Source: Demequinaceae bacterium (lineage in GTDB: Bacteria > Actinomycetota > Actinomycetes > Actinomycetales > Demequinaceae). Taken from it: a stretch of 32,000 nt of DNA. Below are positions 28,543 to 32,000 of this stretch, in pieces (position 1 is the stretch's first letter; every line of letters begins with the position of its first letter). The stretch spans positions 1,530,001 to 1,562,000 of the forward strand of contig OZ252279.1 in NCBI GenBank assembly GCA_965250005.1, given 5' to 3'. The position numbers and the translations under genes are program-made. The notes under the pieces are model-generated. The model worked only from the letters and a program-made list of their open reading frames with translations. It searched no databases and was not told where the DNA came from.

Positions 28543-29717
28543 GAGTTCCTCATCCACGTGAGAGTGACGGTTGTTCCGCGTCCTGGCCTCGAGTCGAGCG
28601 CCGCGCTCCCGCCTGTTAGCAGTTCCATCCGTTCGAATATGCTGACGCGGATACCGAGTCTGCGCTCGGCGACGGCCTTGGGATTGAAGCCGCGGCCAGT
28701 GTCCTGGATGGTGGCGCGAAGCGTGTTGTCGGTCAGGTTGACTGTGACGACCCGGTGAACGAAGCCGTCACCATCGCCTCCGTGGATGAGGCTATTTCGC
28801 ACCGCCTCTGCGATTGCCTCACTGAACGCCTCGACTACATCGGCCGGGATCGAGTTTGTTCCTACGGATGAGTGCCAGAACGCGACCTGCGAGGCGTGGT
28901 CAGTTACAGCGGCCCGCAGTGCGGTAATGGTCTCGCTCGGCGTGTAGTCGGGCACATCGTCCGTCCGAACGGTCAGCGTGGCGACGCTTGCCAACGCGGA
29001 AACTGCCTGCTCGGCAACCCGCGGACTGTGGTCTTCGCGACCGGCGACCAGAAGCACGGACATGATGTCGTCGTGGACGATCGCGTTTATTCGTGACTGC
29101 TCCCGCTGGCGGGTGCGCTTGCTCGCCTCGATCGACGCGTGAGCCCGGGCCCGAGCCGCCACCAAGTCCTGTTGTTCGGCTGCGCCCACCAGCGCCAGCG
29201 CAACGCCGATGAGAATCCCCGAGAATAATGTGGCTCCCACCCCGTTAAGCACAGCGGCCTTCACCTCGTGATCGGTAGCTCCGATTTCTACAACCGCCAC
29301 GAGGGGACCCTGGATGATTGCGTAGAGCCAAACTAGGCGATGCCTCCAAACGACTGCCGCAAGTGTGCCGTGCACCGCAGTCACGCCTTGGAGCCACGGA
29401 TCGTCCATGGCCACTTCAACGGTGAGGAAGGGAACCCACAGCAACTGCACCGAAACGAAGCCAATCACGATGGCCGCCGCGAACCGGTTGAGGATGGTCT
29501 CCGGGAGCGTCCACGCGAGCACGATTAGGGAGGCTGGAAGCACGATTCCAAATGCCACAGCGATCAACCCAAATACGGCGTCGAGGTTGTTGAGCTGAGA
29601 CAGGATCTTGCCGGCTAGGATCCCACCGAACACGATTGCGCCGATACCGACGGCCATGTACAACGTCCGCTGGACGCGTTCCCTGGCAGCATGCACGTCT
29701 GCCGCCGGCGCGCTCAC
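28539..29717 (-). CDS. Two-component sensor histidine kinase (NarL-partner type)
   Basis: 392 aa; multi-TM N-terminus, INAIVHDDIMSVLL phosphoacceptor-like motif, EAIAEAVRNSLIHGG and DTGRGFNP HATPase motifs. Confidence 0.88.
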   Translation of the reverse strand: MSAPAADVHAARERVQRTLYMAVGIGAIVFGGILAGKILSQLNNLDAVFGLIAVAFGIVLPASLIVLAWTLPETILNRFAAAIVIGFVSVQLLWVPFLTVEVAMDDPWLQGVTAVHGTLAAVVWRHRLVWLYAIIQGPLVAVVEIGATDHEVKAAVLNGVGATLFSGILIGVALALVGAAEQQDLVAARARAHASIEASKRTRQREQSRINAIVHDDIMSVLLVAGREDHSPRVAEQAVSALASVATLTVRTDDVPDYTPSETITALRAAVTDHASQVAFWHSSVGTNSIPADVVEAFSEAIAEAVRNSLIHGGDGDGFVHRVVTVNLTDNTLRATIQDTGRGFNPKAVAERRLGIRVSIFERMELLTGGSAALDSRPGRGTTVTLTWMRNS

Positions 29718-30355
29718 TGGGGGCCCTCCAACAAACCGTCTTCTATCGCTCGCACGTAGAGGTCAACGCGTGAATGCGCGGGACGCCCCGCCTCCGCATA
29801 CTTGCGGCGGATGCGTGTGACGTAGTCGGCAATGGTTTCTCGTGAGAGTCCCATGCGCTGCGCGACGGAGGTGGCCGTCTCGCCCGATGCGTATAGGCCG
29901 AGTACCTCCTGCTCGCGCGGGCTCAGTTTGGCGTCCTCGAGATCTGATGCGGCGTCAATTGCCGCGGCCCAATCGGCGCCAAAGACCTCACCGCCATTTG
30001 CGGCAGTGCGGACGGCATCGAGCAATGTCTCAGGCGCTGCGGACTTGCGGATAAGTCCAAGTGCGCCCGAACGTGCGGCCTGTTGGATTAGCCGGCGATC
30101 CTCCGCGCCGGTGTAAACGAGCACTTCCGCGCCGAGGGCGTGAATTGCCGCCACGTTCTCCTCGGGCGAGGACCCGTCGTTCAGGCGCAAATCGAGGACT
30201 ACGAGGTCGAGTTTGTTTGCGAACGACGAGAGTTCCTCGACGGTCTCTGCCAATCTCGCCAAATCCAGGTCTGGCGCGGTGGCAATGAGGTCCTGAAACC
30301 CGCGGGAGATCAGCGCGTGATCCTCTACCAGCGCGATCTTCTTGTGTTCGCCCAT
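29714..30355 (-). CDS. LuxR/NarL-family response regulator
   Basis: 213 aa; KIALVEDHALISRGF receiver, LDLVVLDLRL, LSPREQEVLGLYASGETATSVAQRMGLSRETIADYVTRIRRK. Confidence 0.92.
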   Translation of the reverse strand: MGEHKKIALVEDHALISRGFQDLIATAPDLDLARLAETVEELSSFANKLDLVVLDLRLNDGSSPEENVAAIHALGAEVLVYTGAEDRRLIQQAARSGALGLIRKSAAPETLLDAVRTAANGGEVFGADWAAAIDAASDLEDAKLSPREQEVLGLYASGETATSVAQRMGLSRETIADYVTRIRRKYAEAGRPAHSRVDLYVRAIEDGLLEGPQ

Positions 30356-30540
30356 AGTCGTCCTCGATTCGTCCTTCTACACGCTACCGTTGGCGGTCGG
30401 CAACCGCTCGGGTTTCGGCGCCCCTTTTTGTGGCGGTGGATGTGGGATTCGTCGCCGGTCGCCCCGCGGCGCGCGATATGTTCGCTTGGCGCTAGCCTGG
30501 TGCCAAGGACTCTTCCCGACTAACTGCCCCGGAGATGCTC

Positions 30541-30987
30541 ATGCGATTGCCCAAGCCCCTTGGTGGCGTGGTTGCCGGCGCGCTCGCCCTCGCTAGTTGC
30601 GCGCCCCCACCCTCGGTGGACTTGCTGGTACCAGGTGACTGCTTTGACTACTCGGAACTCACCGAGGGGATCGTCGGGATTCCTCCCGTCGACTGTTCAG
30701 TCCCGCACGAAGCCGAGGTCTACCTGATTTTTGACCTCGAGGGTGTCAGTGAGGCCGACTACCTTGACGAATACGACGAGGACGATATCAACAGGCTCTC
30801 CCAGGACGCGTGCCTTGCCGCGTTCCCCGATTACGTCGGTATCGATTACTGGGAGTCTGAGTATTACTACCTGTGGTTGTCGCCCACGCCGGAGGGCTGG
30901 GCGGAGGGAGAAAGGGAAGTAGTCTGCTTCCTCGTTCCCGAACTTGGAGTGATGCTTACGGAATCACTCCAAGGGGCAGCGGGCTAG
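30541..30987 (+). CDS. Putative secreted protein with septum-formation-like repeat
   Basis: 148 aa, signal/lipobox-like LALASC, PGDCFDYSE..VPPVDCSVPHEAEVY; GGAG upstream. Confidence 0.65.
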   Translation: MRLPKPLGGVVAGALALASCAPPPSVDLLVPGDCFDYSELTEGIVGIPPVDCSVPHEAEVYLIFDLEGVSEADYLDEYDEDDINRLSQDACLAAFPDYVGIDYWESEYYYLWLSPTPEGWAEGEREVVCFLVPELGVMLTESLQGAAG

Positions 30988-30990
30988 CGC

Positions 30991-31602
30991 CTAGTCCACG
31001 AACGTGACGGTGCCCGCAACAAATGAACCGACCATGCTGGCGTCGCGATAGACGACGCATACGCCTTCCATTTCACCGAAGTTCCACGAGCCCGCAGTAG
31101 GGACCCACGCAACCCAACGCACGCCGTTGTTCCAGTCGTTCGGCTGGAACATCGATTCGACGTCGAAGCCGGGCTGCACTACGCCGCCGCAGTACCCCAT
31201 GAGCTCAGTGGTGACTTGGTCCCGGCCCGGGAACGCGTCACCAGAGAATGAGTAGGACGCTACGACCTCGGCACGATGAGGCACGGAACACGGTAGGGCG
31301 TTGACCTGCGCAACGGAACCGTCTCCCGGAATGTTCTCGAGACACATTCCTGGGTCTGCCTGGATAGCGTTGATCAGCTCGCCGTTAGCGTCGGTAATGG
31401 TGAGGGTTGCCGTTCCCGTGGACCGGCCCCAACTGACTCCGACCACCCCGACGAGCATTAGCAGCAGGCTAACGGCACCGAGAGCGATCCAAACCTTGGA
31501 GTACGACGTGCGGGGCGGTGCGTCTGGCTGCCGTCCCGGAGCCCGGTAGGGCTCGGGATAGACGCTCTCGCGCGAAGGTGGGCTCTGGCCGTCGAAACTC
31601 AT
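30991..31602 (-). CDS. Septum-formation-family-like membrane protein
   Basis: 203 aa; Pro-rich cytoplasmic N-terminus, single TM, PGMCLENIPGDGSVAQVNALPCSVPHRAEVVASY. Confidence 0.7.
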   Translation of the reverse strand: MSFDGQSPPSRESVYPEPYRAPGRQPDAPPRTSYSKVWIALGAVSLLLMLVGVVGVSWGRSTGTATLTITDANGELINAIQADPGMCLENIPGDGSVAQVNALPCSVPHRAEVVASYSFSGDAFPGRDQVTTELMGYCGGVVQPGFDVESMFQPNDWNNGVRWVAWVPTAGSWNFGEMEGVCVVYRDASMVGSFVAGTVTFVD

Positions 31603-32000
31603 GTCTCCACGGTACCGGTGCCGTCAGCGATGTCCACCACGACAGGTGCGTGATCCGAGGCGCCCTTTCCCTTTCGCTCGTCCCGGTCGATGGACGCCGC
31701 GATCGCACGGGGGGATAGAGCAGGGGAGGCGTACGCGAAATCGATACGCATCCCCTCTGCACGGGGAAAGCGGAGTTGCTTGTAGTCCCAGAACGTGTAC
31801 GTATGATCCTCGGGAAGGTAGCGGCGTGTGAGCTCCTCGAACCCCGCCTTCTCAAAGTCGTGGAACGCCGCGCGCGCCTCGGCGGTCACATGAGTCTGGG
31901 CTTCGGAGTCTTCAACGCTCCACATGTCCGCATCGCGCGGCGCCACATTCCAGTCGCCGACGAGCGCCACGGCCTCACCCGCGTCCGCCCACTCGCCAGC
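31599..32000 (-). CDS. xth: Exodeoxyribonuclease III, C-terminal part (runs off the window)
   Basis: Frame open to position 32000: ALVGDWNVAPRDADMWS..GFEELTRRYLPEDHTYTFWDYKQLRFPRAEGMRIDFAYAS..ASDHAPVVVDI. Confidence 0.92.
   Translation of the reverse strand, partial: AGEWADAGEAVALVGDWNVAPRDADMWSVEDSEAQTHVTAEARAAFHDFEKAGFEELTRRYLPEDHTYTFWDYKQLRFPRAEGMRIDFAYASPALSPRAIAASIDRDERKGKGASDHAPVVVDIADGTGTVET

Overview
High-GC actinobacterial chromosomal segment, dense with mostly ordinary genes. From left to right: (1) a sulfur/hydrogenase-accessory-like region (DUF6390-like protein, small membrane protein, leftward SQR-type flavoprotein + DsrC/TusE-like + DsrE-like) with CsoR/CstR-like ATACC-N6-GGTAT palindromes; (2) three LppM-like envelope proteins around an MFS gene; (3) pgm, a glycosyltransferase-like gene, pheA, a lipid kinase, serS, a HAD hydrolase, an MFS gene, an AGE-family epimerase and a quinone oxidoreductase; (4) a conservon-type locus (NIT histidine kinase, roadblock, DUF742, GTPase) with two non-canonical parts: an intrinsically disordered acidic protein between kinase and roadblock, and a downstream protein joining a degenerate VapC-like PIN domain to a long acidic disordered tail; (5) a tRNA cluster (Ser-TGA, Ser-GCT, Arg-ACG) containing an ArsR-family regulator divergent from an unannotated 18-aa cysteine-rich microprotein (MTFTDIGDDEGCCSGCCC) with a strong Shine-Dalgarno, two matching 16-bp inverted-repeat operators and a near-perfect terminator; (6) a two-component cluster with two adjacent membrane sensors and a LuxR-type regulator, a convergent pair of septum-formation-like proteins, and the C-terminal part of exonuclease III. 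The strongest candidates for something undescribed are the ArsR/Cys-rich microprotein unit and the modified conservon. All family calls come from reading motifs; no database search was run.
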